Origin: Rhina ancylostomus
Taxonomy: Eukaryota
Length of the DNA: 64,000 nt
Assembly: GCA_030265395.1 (NCBI GenBank)
Contig: JARFYF010000094.1
Coordinates: 67,100,273-67,164,272 of the forward strand
Reading direction: 5' to 3'
Position 1 is the first letter of the stretch. The number at the start of each line of letters is the position of its first letter. Made by a program: the position numbers and the translations under genes. Of the stretch, positions 52,790-64,000 are shown piece by piece. Under the pieces are notes generated by a model. That model was not told where the DNA came from. It saw nothing but the letters and a program-made list of their open reading frames with translations, and ran no database searches.

Positions 52790-53470
52790 CATTGACAAAC
52801 GCCGAGTGAGTCAGGGGGCAGAGTGGCGTCGCCAAACAGTCCCACACATCCTGCCCGCCGCAGGCACCTTCTTTCAAGCCTGCTTCAGGAGGCCGCTTTC
52901 CTGTGTGAGGTATCGGTGCGAGCTGCTGCTACTTCGGGGTGGGTCTCCCTACTCGAGGGCGCGGTTTTAGGGGCCCGTCTTCTGGTGGGAGGGTGGGTGT
53001 GTGGGAGAGCGGGGGTGCCGGGCCGGTCGGGCTCCCCGGCCGGCGGCACCATGTGCTGATGTCGGCTTCCCTTCCCTTAGCAGCCTCGGCCCGACCANNN
53101 NNNNNNNACAGGTCGGCCAGGCTGAGCGTGAGGGGAGCGAGGAGCGGTCAGGTCGGCAGGCTGCTGGGCAGGTGCCCCGCGGCCGGGCAGTGCCCGGGGG
53201 TTGTCACGTCCCCGGTGCCGGTGTTTTACCTGCGCTAATCGCCAACAGGAAGGTTTATCGCAGCCACGCTCACAGCGTTCCTACTCTCTCGGCGACAAGA
53301 TGGCGGAATAATAGTTATCACGTGACCTGCGCCCCGACTCTACGTCCCCGGATGTACGTTGCCGGGCACCCGCCCAGCCAGCAGTACGCATGCGTATTCC
53401 GCCAGCCAGGCTTTCTCCTCCCAACTTCAAACACTTGGGACCTTAGGTCACCTCAGTCTCGCAACTGAGT
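52790..53470. promoter_or_regulatory. CpG-island promoter of GIGYF2
   Basis: The only long GC/CpG-rich segment in the window. Contains YY1 motif AAGATGGCGG (53297-53306), E-box TCACGTGAC (53318-53326), GC-box-like CCCGCCC (about 53369-53375) and NRF1-like palindrome TACGCATGCGTA (53385-53396). Confidence 0.85.
53230..53310 (-). other. GIGYF2: GIGYF2 non-coding first exon (5' UTR); 5' end approximate
   Basis: Lies in the CpG island. Minus-strand donor CGCAG|GTAAAA (GT at 53229-53228). CCGCCATCTTG (YY1-type) motif at 53306-53296, typical of TSS-proximal housekeeping promoters. The TSS is not directly observable. Confidence 0.7.
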
Positions 53471-54574
53471 TTACATCAGTGCATCACGTTTTTGTTTTAC
53501 AGAAGAACAGCCCTCTCAAACACTGAATGGGTGTGGTGCTGGGACAATGCTGGCTCCAATGCACTTTAAATAGGATGTATTGGTTTGGTGGCAGGATGAA
53601 TGTATTAATTTGACACACTGAAGGTAAAGGAACACGTAGTGATTATATTTCCTATATATTTTTGTAAAGATTCTTTTTGAAAAATAAAAAAAAGAATGAG
53701 CACGTCTCATTAATCAAGAATGTTTATTCTGATACTTATCTGATGTAGATTTAGATGCAGAATAACTCGTGGTGAAACAAATGCAATCTATGCACAAAAA
53801 ATATTTATAAACAAGATGTTAGATATCTTTGAAGACTGCAGTTCCTCCAGCAGATTGTTTGTTGTGTTAGATATCTTTCAAGCTTTTGCGTCAAAACTAC
53901 CCATATCTTTGTTTCTAAGTTTGCTGGGGTACAACCAAAGCATAAAGTATATTTGTGTAAAAAGTTAAGAATTAAATATTTATACAAAAGTTTGGCAGCA
54001 TTAAGTTTCTTTAAATTTCACCTTCAAACTCAGGTTACATTTCACACCTGTCTTTATTCTCAAAAGTTGAATGCTATGCTCCCACAACTAATCAACTAAT
54101 CAAATAATCTACATCCTATTCTGGCACCCAGACTGCCCATTCTATGTGCTGCCCTTGTCTTTATTCCTGTAGGTAGCAAATGCATTAAATGTTTTAGGCA
54201 GGACCAATTCTCTTGTTTCTTTCTTTAACTGGTCAAGACAACAGGTAAAATATAACCATAGGCTCAATAAAAAGCCAGAACTTGTATCCTATCTGCTTCA
54301 GCATGGAATTCTTTCAGAAAAAAATCATCCAAAACAGAGGCCTTGTTTTTGCAGCTGGAATTGTTTGTGTGATTATTTTTTCGACAGGTAAACCAATACT
54401 AAAAAGAAAGATTTTGTATAAATATAGTTCTTACAACCTTGGAACAACATTAATTACCTCTGTTCCCCACAGTTTTCATTCTAGAGTCAACAGGCATTCT
54501 TTCAAATAAAGCAGACATATCTGGAAACTTCTTTCTCAAAGATTTCAGCCTTGGTCCCAAACTATCTGTTTCAA

Positions 54575-56975
54575 TGAACACAAGAAATAGAAGCAGGAAT
54601 AGGTCATTCAGCCCCTCATAGCTGATACATCATTTATTAAGATCAGAAGTGATTTTTTATCTTATTGCCACTCTCCTGCACTGATGTCATATCATGAGAT
54701 TCTTTTAATATCTAGAAAACTATCTTTCCTGAATATTCCCAACAACTGAACTTCCACAGCCCTCTTAAGCAGAGGATTCCAAGGATCCATTTGTCTGTGG
54801 GTAAAAATTTTAAATTAAATCTACACATAAAGAAATCTGGATGCTCTTTTTCAACAATAGTTTGTTGTCCTTTCAACCCATTGCACCTTCTTCCCCATTG
54901 CTTGCTATCAATCATTCTCCTCGCCATGTTAGAAACTGAAATATTTACTCTACATTGGGTGGTTTGTGGAAATATTTGTAGAAAAGAAGCTTTTCCAAAA
55001 ATGCAATGCTCAAATGGGTAATCCCCTGAAAGTATGAATGCAGCTAGATAAATCCATCACCCAGAAATGGGGCATATAAAAACAACAAAGTTATGATTAA
55101 TTTGTATATGATATTAGATAAGCCACAAATAGTGCAGTTTAAGGCATCACAATTCAGGGAATACCTACATCTCCACTTATTCTGATCAGATGATGTCTAT
55201 TCAACCCATCAAGTCCATGCCTGCTCCCAACAGAGGAATCTAATTAGTCCTATTCCCCCTCTTATCTCCCTATAGCCTTACNNNNNNNNNNNNNNNNNNN
55301 NNNNNNNNNNNNNNNNNNTTTCATTATTTTGCCACTTATCTATACCAAAGAGGAATTTACAGTGGCCAGTTATCCTACCAGCACAACTTTGGGATTTAAG
55401 GAGAAATCAGCAGAAACCTACAGGGAGAAGGGGCAAATTCACACAGACAGCACCCAACATCAGGATTGAACCCAAATCCCTGGAGCTTTAAGGCAGCAGC
55501 ACTAACTGCTGCACCACTGTGCCATGAAATATGAGAAATTTGGACCCACAGCACACATTGCTCATGTGCCAATCCATCTCTTAAGCCCCAGATATTATGG
55601 ACAGGATGTTTTTACTTGTTATGTCACAAAGGTACCACCATCATATTGGCGAAGATCAAATAACAGAGTCAGCTTACATTATCCATGCCTGAAATGGCCA
55701 TTAGAGTCTTCATGTGTACATGGTAAAGACACAGTCATAAAATTAAGCTTAATATTGTCATTGGCTTTTAGAATAAAGAATCATGTATAAAAATGAAACA
55801 CAGCAGAACACCAATCCTCCGTTGATTGGCTCTATATAGAGGTAATAACACGGCCAAGAGCATCAGTGTCGGTAACTTTTGAATTTCCATGTTTAATGTG
55901 TAAAAATAGGAGCAGTGTTGGCCATTGCACCCACCATCATGCTTGATTCTCTATATCAGTACCATACTTCTGCATCTTCCCATTCTCCTTGCTGCTATTT
56001 GCAAATCCCTCTAAAATATATTGTGACTTGGCTTCCACAGCCTCTGTTGTGGAAAATTTCACAGGTTCACCACCCTCTGAGTGATGATACTTCTCATTAT
56101 CTCAGTCCACATTGAGTATTTTGATATTATGGTCCCATTTCCAGTTACCCCCAGCCAGAGGAAACATTCTCCTTGCATCTAGCCTGACAAGACCTATCAG
56201 AACTTTGTACCTTTTAACTTTCATTTTTCTAGACTCCAGTGAATGCAGGTCTAGTCAACTCGGCCTCTCCTCAGTCAACAGTCCCGGCATCCCAACAACA
56301 GTCTGGTGAACCTTTGCTGCACTCCTTCCGTGGCAAGTTTATCCTTCTATGGGTAAGGAGACCAAACCTGCAGGCAATATTCCAGCTGAGGTCTCATTAA
56401 GGCCCTGTATATTTATAGTAAGACATTCTCGCTCTTGTACTTAAAACACCCTGCAGTGAAGGCAAATGTTCCATTCACATTCTTAACTGCTTGCTGCATC
56501 TGTATGTTTGCTTTCAGTGACTGGTATACAAAGTCACCTAGATTCCTTTGTACATCAACTTTTCTTAACCTATCACCACTTAAATAATACTTTTCCTTTC
56601 TGTTTTTCCTCCTAGCGTGGATAACTTCACATTTATCTATGTCATACTGCAGCTGCCATGTATTTGCTACTCACTCACCTTTGTCTAAGTTGCCTTGAAG
56701 CTTTTTTGTTTCTTCTTCACAACTCGGAATCCCACTCAGTTTCATGTAGTTGACAAATTTATAAATATTGCATCTGGTTTCATCATCCAAACTATTAATA
56801 TATTTTGTGAAAAGCTGGGGCCCTAACACTTACCTCTGCTGTAGCCAATAGTCAACTCTTGCCACTTCTGTCTGTCAGTTAGTTTTATCCTCCAGTCCCA
56901 TGCGGTCTAATTTCTTCAAAGGCCTTCTGAAAGTCTGAATAAACATCTATTCTCCCTTGTCTATTTTCCTCAAAA
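54575..56975 (-). mobile_element. CR1-type LINE fragments (about 54575-54800 and about 55900-56975), interrupted by other sequence including a SINE
   Basis: Reverse-complement CR1 3' end (AGAAATAGAAGCAGGAATAGGTCATTCAGCCCCTC) and RT remnants (TTCATCATCCAAAC; ATAACTTCACATTTATC). Confidence 0.65.
55190..55523 (-). mobile_element. tRNA-derived SINE, same family
   Basis: GGATTGAACCC and GCTGCACCACTGTGCC are the reverse-complement SINE head. Confidence 0.85.
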
Positions 56976-56994
56976 AACTTCAAGCCAGAGGTTA

Positions 56995-58290
56995 AAGCAA
57001 GCCAGTAGTGGCCAGAACAGCATATGGGTATGAAAGTGGCCAATGCTATGTTTATAATACGACCACATCAGTCAGAAATTTACAGGACCATACCAGTGAG
57101 AAATTGAGTTACCTTCACCACCACTACAGATCCACAAACTCCCACCACTACCTTGAATACATTTCCTCCCAGCCTACTTCCCATCAGAACTCCGTTCCAT
57201 TCTCTCAATTTCTCTGCCTCATCATACCTATTCTGATGATGTCAACTTCTATACTGATGCTTTCCCTTCGTCTTTTTTCTCCAACCATGCTTTCCATCTA
57301 CAACAGTTCACAAGAGCCGTGACCCTGGCTGTTTCCATTTTTCTCTTTTCTCTTCTCAATGCTTTTCCCCACTCCCAGAACCAAGCCAGGAGTTCCAATG
57401 TCTTCGTTTCACCACCCAACCTCCACTCAACCATTATCTTCTGAGGTCCTTGACACTTCCAAAGTAATACCGCCATCAGATGCATCTTCCCCTTTCCTCC
57501 CCTTTTCAGCATTTCAAAGAGAATCACGTCCGAAATAATCTACTTATCATTTTCAGCTCCTCTACTACTCACTCCCCTTTCCACAGCATCTTCCTGTGCA
57601 ATTACAGGAGATGCACCACTTTCCCTTTTAGCTCTTAATTCCCCACCCACCAGGGACTCCAGCACAACAAGCAGCAATTCAAGCAGTTCTTCCAGTTTAG
57701 TTTACTGCATGTAGTGCTCACAACGTGGTCTCTTTTATATTGGGAAAACCAAAAACAGGTTAAATGAGCACTTTGCTCTGATCAGTCTGCAAAGGTGACC
57801 CTGAGCTTTTTGTCAACTGTCATTTTAGGTCTCCACCTCACTTCTACTCTGACCTCTATGTCTTTGCTTCCAGCATTGTTCCAACAAGGTTCAATCTAAG
57901 CTCCTTATCTGTTGCCTAGGTACATTACAGTGTCTGGGATCAACATTGAGTTCAGCAATGCTGTCATATTAAATAATTATTCTGCATTTATACATCTTTT
58001 GTCATTTCAGGATCTCCCCTCCTGTCATCTACCTTATGATAAACTTGCCCTTGTGTTCTCTCCTCTACCACCAGCCCACCCATTCTCTGTATCCTTTTCT
58101 CTTCTTTGGAGCAGACTCGATGGGCCAAATGGCCAACTTCTGCTCCTTTGTATTGTGATCTTACAATCCATTTATCTCTAACTTTTCCCAATTCTAATGA
58201 CTGGTCTTTAACCGGAAATTCTTTCCACAGATACCACACAACCTCTTGAATATTCCCACCTGGTTCTGTTTGATTTCAGATTTCATACTC
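56995..58290 (+). mobile_element. Decayed Penelope-like retroelement (RT C-terminus, GIY-YIG endonuclease, terminal repeat)
   Basis: ORF 57008-57322 has YRSTNSHHYLEYISSQP...VPFSQFLCL, similar to the PLE RT end. About 57700-57776 translates VYCM*CSQRGLFYIGKTKNRLNEHFA (GIY-YIG). The 3' terminus resembles the dispersed short repeats. Confidence 0.8.
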
Positions 58291-59519
58291 CTCGCTTACA
58301 CTGCTAGAAGCACACTAGAATGGCAAATAGAGATGCAAATGTCATTCTTCAATTTCCAGTTGATTTTTCTCAGGGTACTCCCAATACTGTTTGTATCCAG
58401 TGCAGTGAAGATCTACTGAGAGATAAGAAGTCCATAGCTTCTATAGATTTAATCTGAATGCAGCGATTAGAAGAATAAAGATTGACATTTAACATCTGGA
58501 ATAAACTGAGGAACTTTTGTTCTATTGTTTGGAATTCAGCTTCTCTGAGCTGATTGAGATTAAAAGTTAGCTTTTCTTACTAATTACTTCTTTAATTGTT
58601 GTGACCAATTGCTCATTCTTCTCAATCTTGATGATGTTCACACACTTTGGCCTTTTCTACAAGCTTCTTCAGGAAAAAATAACTTCTGTGGCTTCCAGAA
58701 TGCATAGGCCTGTTTCACAATCTTTCCATGTGTTTCAACTCAGAAATCAACAAGTGGTTTAAGCAATTTAAGAAAAGTGATTATACCAAGAATATGGTAC
58801 AAGGTATTGTTTAAGGCCTACAAGATGAAGAATTTAAATCAGTAAGATTGCTACAAAATGTACAAAATAGAAATACTTCAGGATAAAAAAGACATGGTAC
58901 AATGTTGCAGTACTGTTCTGAACTTTACAGAGAAATTTATGATTAAATCATTTCTTATAAGTTGAAGTTATGTGATCACCAGATTCACTGGTGGTTAAAT
59001 CTTCAGCAACAAAGGAGAGCAATAATTGCTCATCTTAAGGGAATGCATCAGCACACAATTTTATTTAAGCAGCTATTGCGATACACAGTATTTTAAGCAA
59101 ACGTCTGTTGCCAAGATATTGTTCACTTGCATCATCATCGTTTCACTTTTCTGGGATGTTGCTGAGGCCATATGCGAACTTTTTATTCGGTTCAAACCTA
59201 ATATCCAATTGAAAAACCAACTCACTTAGTATTTACTTTGCAATATTACAAGCCTTTTTCTCAACCTTCTACAGTCACTAAAATACTGATTGCTTTGTTT
59301 ATTGCATTTGGATTAGTAAGACCAGCTTTGTTTAATTTCATGCATTTCACCTGACCTCCTGCTACACAGCAAGATGTGCACTTCCACCATCTCCCCAGCC
59401 TTTGACTGGTTCAACCCAACTTTCTTTGATAACCTGTAATTATTCCACTAGTCTTTTACAATTCGGTGGCAAAGAAAGAGCAACAATGGATAGTATTAAT
59501 ATGGCATTTTTAATGTAAG

Positions 59520-60640
59520 AAATATATTGCTTTGCAAAAGTTTCAGTCAAAATATGAAACCAAGATATATTAGGAAATATTAGGGCAGATGGATAAAAGC
59601 TTGGTCAAAGAGGTTGTTTTAAGGAGTATATTGAAAAAAAGGAAAGAGCTAAAGAGGCAAAGATTTTGGTTTTACTAGGGGGAGCTCCAGAGCTTAGGTC
59701 TTTCAAACCAAAAGATGACTGTCAATGGTGGAGCAATTAAATTCAAGGATGATCAAGAGGCCAAAATTAAAGCAGTTAGATACATTGAAGCAAAATAAAG
59801 CTGGGAAATTACAGAAAAAGGGGGCCAAGGCCATGAAGGGATGTGAGAAACAGGGCTAAGAATTTTAAAACAGAGCAATGCTTGACCAGGAGCCAATTTA
59901 GATTAGCAAATATACAGATGATGGATGGTTTACTCTTTCCCAGTTTTAACATTGAACATTCATGCTGTTTCTCTTACCTGGCCTGAGTGTTTCCAGTATT
60001 TTCTGTTTTTTTTTATTTCAGATTTCCAGCATCTGCAATGCTTTTGATTTATATGTGTAAAGGTCAACTGAGTTATGAGTGGAGTTGAACAATGTGATGG
60101 GTGTAGAATTTGAGGTCTTAGAGATGGCGCAGGTATCTAGGTGTCAAATAAGATAGCAAGGTTGCAAGAAGTCTGATTCAGTTACTCAGTGTTGGTAGGG
60201 AGAGGAATGGATTCGTTGATTAGGAATGGAAGTTATTGATAATGGCATTGGCATTTGTCTGCCCAATATTTAGTTGGAAAAAGTTTCTAGTTACCTTGCA
60301 TTAAACATCGGACAAGCAGTCTGTTACTTAGAGACAGAAAAATGAGTATGGAGAGGTAGAGTCACATATGATCAGTGTGAATGTGGAAATTGACGCAGTA
60401 TTTTTGAATGAAGTTGCTGAAGGATAATATGCAAATGAGAAATAGCAAGGACATAGAGACTGATATCCGTGGGATATCGGTTAGTAGTGTGGAAGTGGGA
60501 AGAGAATCCATTGCAAGTGATTCTTTGGTTCTGACTGGATAGATAATGCTATTCCATGCAGGTGAATGGCAGTGGAGAGATACTGGCAGAGTATGGTATG
60601 ATCAACCACATCAAAGGCTGCTGACAGGAATACCATGCCA
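59520..60640 (-). mobile_element. Decayed L2-type LINE
   Basis: Minus-strand peptide LSAAFDVVDHTIL (L2 RT motif DLSAAFDTVDH) and 3' end GCTTGGTCAAAGAGGTTGTTTTAAGGAG. Similar 3' fragments at about 42080-42550 and 47110-47500. Confidence 0.7.
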
Positions 60641-61244
60641 CTTATTTTTACGAGATGCCTGAGGTAATTTAGGATAGAGTCAAGCCATGCCACTTTTGTG
60701 GGAGGTGTAGGAAGATGGCCAATGGTGTCCAACTTTTCAAATCTCAGTGTGTTGCTAAGTTAGTTTTTAGTAATTATGGGAAAAGGTTGTTTTGCTCCTT
60801 TGGGCAGGATAAAATGGAGCAAACTTCTTTTGCCTTTGTGCATCTTCCAGCATGCTTGGTAAGCCAGTCTAGTCAACTACTGGCCACAGTCACTCTCAGC
60901 TTTCTGGCCTCAGGACAATTCCAGGCTGCTGTTGATCTCTGCCACATCTGACATTTTGCTGCTCATTGACACAGCTCAATCAAGCTCCATACTCAAGAAG
61001 AGAGAACTTCATATACATTTCCATCAGCCTTCAGGAATAGGCAGAACAGACATGGGCATTTGCCTGATCTGCTTTTTCCCCAAAGCAAAAGCATTCCTAG
61101 ACTTTTATCCTTACAGAAGCTAACTTAGCAAACTTCCAGCAGGAGCACCTGAGTCTGGCATTGGAGGGTCTCTGTGCCCCCTTTCACAAAGAACATGTCT
61201 CCTGCAAGCTATATTTTCACTAGCCCTTCCAGGTCTCTCTGACA

Positions 61245-61760
61245 CACTGGAAACACATTCAAATGTGCAGGAAAGTCAGAAGCTTCAGAGAGTAGTGGAC
61301 TCAGCCAATACATCATGGGCACCTCCCTCCCTACCATCAGTAGTATCCACAGGAGGCATTGCCTCAAGAAGGCAACATCCATCATCAAAGATCCCCACCA
61401 ACTGGACCATGCCATCTTCTCGCAGCTACCATCAGGCAGGAGGCACAGAGCCTGAAGTCCCATGCCACCAGGTTCAAGAACAGCTGCTTCAACCTTTCGG
61501 TTCCTAAACCAACTGGCACAACCCTAATCACCAATTTAGTAACACTTTGACCACTTTACTGTAAAATGGACTTTGTTTTTTTGTTCTAATTGTGTTCTTT
61601 CTTGTAAAAATTATGTTTAATTTATGCTTTTCTTGTGAATGCTGCTTATCTGATACTACGTGCCTGTGATGCTGCTGCAAGCAAGTTTTTCATTGCACCT
61701 GAACATATATTTACTAGTGCATCTGACAATAAATCTGACATTGACTTTGACTTAGACTTA
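61245..61760 (+). mobile_element. Rex1/Babar-type LINE 3' end
   Basis: Peptide remnants KLQRVVDSA, IIKDP, LPSGRR and TRFKNS. Tail GACAATAAA followed by short (TTGAC)-like repeats. A similar tail lies at about 3330-3450. Confidence 0.75.
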
Positions 61761-63560
61761 GCTAACACTCTAGTGAGGCTCCTTTAATTCCTAATTAAAT
61801 AATTCCCTCCTTTAATTCCTTATGTTCTTAAAATATAAAGTATGTTTAAAATACATTGGAAGAAAAATCTAAAAGTGATTGGAACTGATTTCACTGGAGA
61901 TGTAGTTCTCCAAACAGGATCAAATGTCACGGAAATTTATTGGAGGGTTGGAATGGGTGGAGCAGTCTGCAGCCTGTCCGTCTCCATACAAATCATCTTG
62001 CAATTTGTCTAATCTCTTGGGCTGTCTCATGGGATGATCACAGGGCACTTCTTTTCTGAGCCATTCAATCAAGTTAGTAGGAGCTGGGGTTTGAGTCTCA
62101 ATCTTGGCCGAATTTGCTAGGAAATTGGNNNNNNNNNNNNNNNNNNNNNNNNNNNNNNNNNNNNNNNNNNNNNNNNNNNNNNNNNNNNNNNNNNNNNNNN
62201 NNNNNNNNNNNNNNNNNNNNNNNNNNNNCCAACAATGTTCTACTTTGAATCTTGCAATTGAAGTTCTTACCCTAATGCATTTTTTACCAACAGTGTTGGG
62301 GTAATCCACCTGATCTATAATACTGTTTTAATGTCATGAAGAGGTAGCAGTGTAACTCCTAGCCCGATGTATTTTTATGAATGTCAATAGCAAATGTCAA
62401 CATTTTGTATTTATTTCATTAATGTTCCCTCTTAAATTTTGAAATTAAACAATTTTTCTACAGGGACTTGCTAATTCAGTCCTACAGAATTATCAAAAGC
62501 GTATCACTAAATTATTATGATCTAACTATCTTACTTCAGAAGAATCAAAGATTGAAAGTTTCAGAATGTCTTAGTGGAAAGTTGTCAGGATTGACTAGTT
62601 AGTTTTTATACTTGCCTGCTGCATTTTAAACAGCTTTAATCAATATCCAAAAGAACAACAATGACACCTATAATTCCATGGGGCTAGAGGATAAATTTGT
62701 ATGGCAAATTATAAGAACTTCAATTGCTGAACAAGGCCCCAAAAAGACAAATGCACACCCAATGCTCAACATCATAAACTTCCTTAGTTGACTGAAGACA
62801 GAATTAGCAATGAGGCCTTTATATCTGTCTCCAGACCATATGCAGCCAAATTAACTCAATCTCTCAGGTAAAATGATAAATCAGGTACAATTACATTTTT
62901 TATGAAATACAATAATTTTTCAGAGACAAGGTGTGTTAATATTCAAAGCTTCAAAAGCTACGGAGAATCAATTCATCATATCCTATCACCTCCATCAGTG
63001 ATTTATTTAAAGAAGTATTCATTTCTAAATGAAAATTAAATTTTGAAAAACCTATTCATAGATTTTTAAAAGGTGATTTAATCTAACAAAGCACATCATG
63101 TAAAATTCAAAATTATATTTTGCTGAAACCTTTAACTAGAACCTAGAAGAGAACCTTGGTGCGTTGTGCGTTATAATACTGCAAAGATTGCTCTTAACTG
63201 ATCTGGCACTAAGAAGGTTAACATAGGAACATGTTCAGTAATCAAGATGACCATTTTCCAGTTTTGAGTTTAAGGTTTCTTTGTTTTTACTGCAATTGAG
63301 GTAATTGGTGGAAAATGACACAATTCTGAGCAATGGTGGTGAGGTTTCAGCATCTTTTATTTTTTTTAAGAAGCTGGGTCCCTTTTATTAACCACTGCTT
63401 ACACAATTTGATATGGTTGGCTTTACTGCATCAAACTAAAGATGGAAAACTATACTCACTTGTATCAGCCAAGTTCAGATGCTATAAATTGGTGTAGCAA
63501 ATGGATGGACATGGATTAACTTACTTAGTTACTGATATAACAAAAGTCCTATTTTTAAAG

Positions 63561-64000
63561 TGTTACGAACCAGCTGCAAAAGAAACACATTGAGTCATGA
63601 TTCAGTGTTAAAAACTACTTTATTAATAACTACTTATGATAGTAAGTAAAATAAAAGTAAAAATGTTAAACCCTAAACATTAACTCCAAAAACTAAACTA
63701 ATCATGCGTGTGTGGCAAATTCCCAAACTCCACGTCCAGGAATGGTTCTCAAAGTTCAGTTCAGTTCAGCAAGCCATAAGGTAAAACATGAGTAAAGGCT
63801 TCTTCCACAACCACTGTTGACTGAAGACAAAACGTAGATGTAGAGAGAAAACAGAGAGTAATTATGAAATCCCAAATGTTCCATGATGTAACCCAAATAA
63901 CACCTCAGTGTCTTCTTGGTTGTGACCTCCTCACCCCGTAAACATCCGAATCATGGCTGTCCACACAAATACCTGTTTCCTTCTACAGGCCAACAACAAA
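63561..64000 (-). mobile_element. Probable LTR (Gypsy-type) terminus running off the window
   Basis: Minus strand ends ...GTTCGTAACA with AATAAA about 60 nt upstream (63619-63624), and CpGs are retained. The other end is not visible. Confidence 0.45.

Noticed and set aside
52737-53468. Overlapping plus-strand ORFs (up to 155 aa) in the CpG island
   Set aside because: Stop-poor because of high GC, they span a gap and show no recognisable protein. The ATG within the YY1 motif gives only M-A-E-stop.
53500-64000. Possible neighbouring gene upstream of GIGYF2
   Set aside because: Only decayed repeats were recognised; no credible exon was found by eye.

Overview
This is eukaryotic, AT-rich, CpG-depleted vertebrate genomic DNA with many assembly gaps. 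The repeat content (tRNA-derived V/HE1-type SINEs, CR1, L2, Rex1 and Penelope-like elements) suggests a cartilaginous fish; that assignment is an inference. The window holds the 5' half of GIGYF2 on the minus strand: a CpG-island promoter and non-coding exon 1 near 53.2-53.4 kb, then 12 coding exons from 44349 (ATG) to 4866. These give 1537 nt of CDS with consistent GT-AG phases, ending at the start of the GYF domain, and the gene continues off the left edge. A complete KCNJ13 (Kir7.1, 363 aa) is nested antisense in the GIGYF2 intron 14158-27519. The most interesting unexplained signals are: (i) a CpG-rich candidate cassette/poison exon of GIGYF2 at 23732-23800 with two acceptors, one in frame and one ending exactly on TGA; (ii) a tandem acceptor at 12385/12402 whose upstream site is out of frame by one base, plus an AG-G-GTAAGT site at 13312 whose single exonic base would restore the frame; (iii) minimal hammerhead-ribozyme cores in Penelope-derived repeats lying sense to the GIGYF2 pre-mRNA. 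All calls come from reading the sequence by eye; no searches were run.
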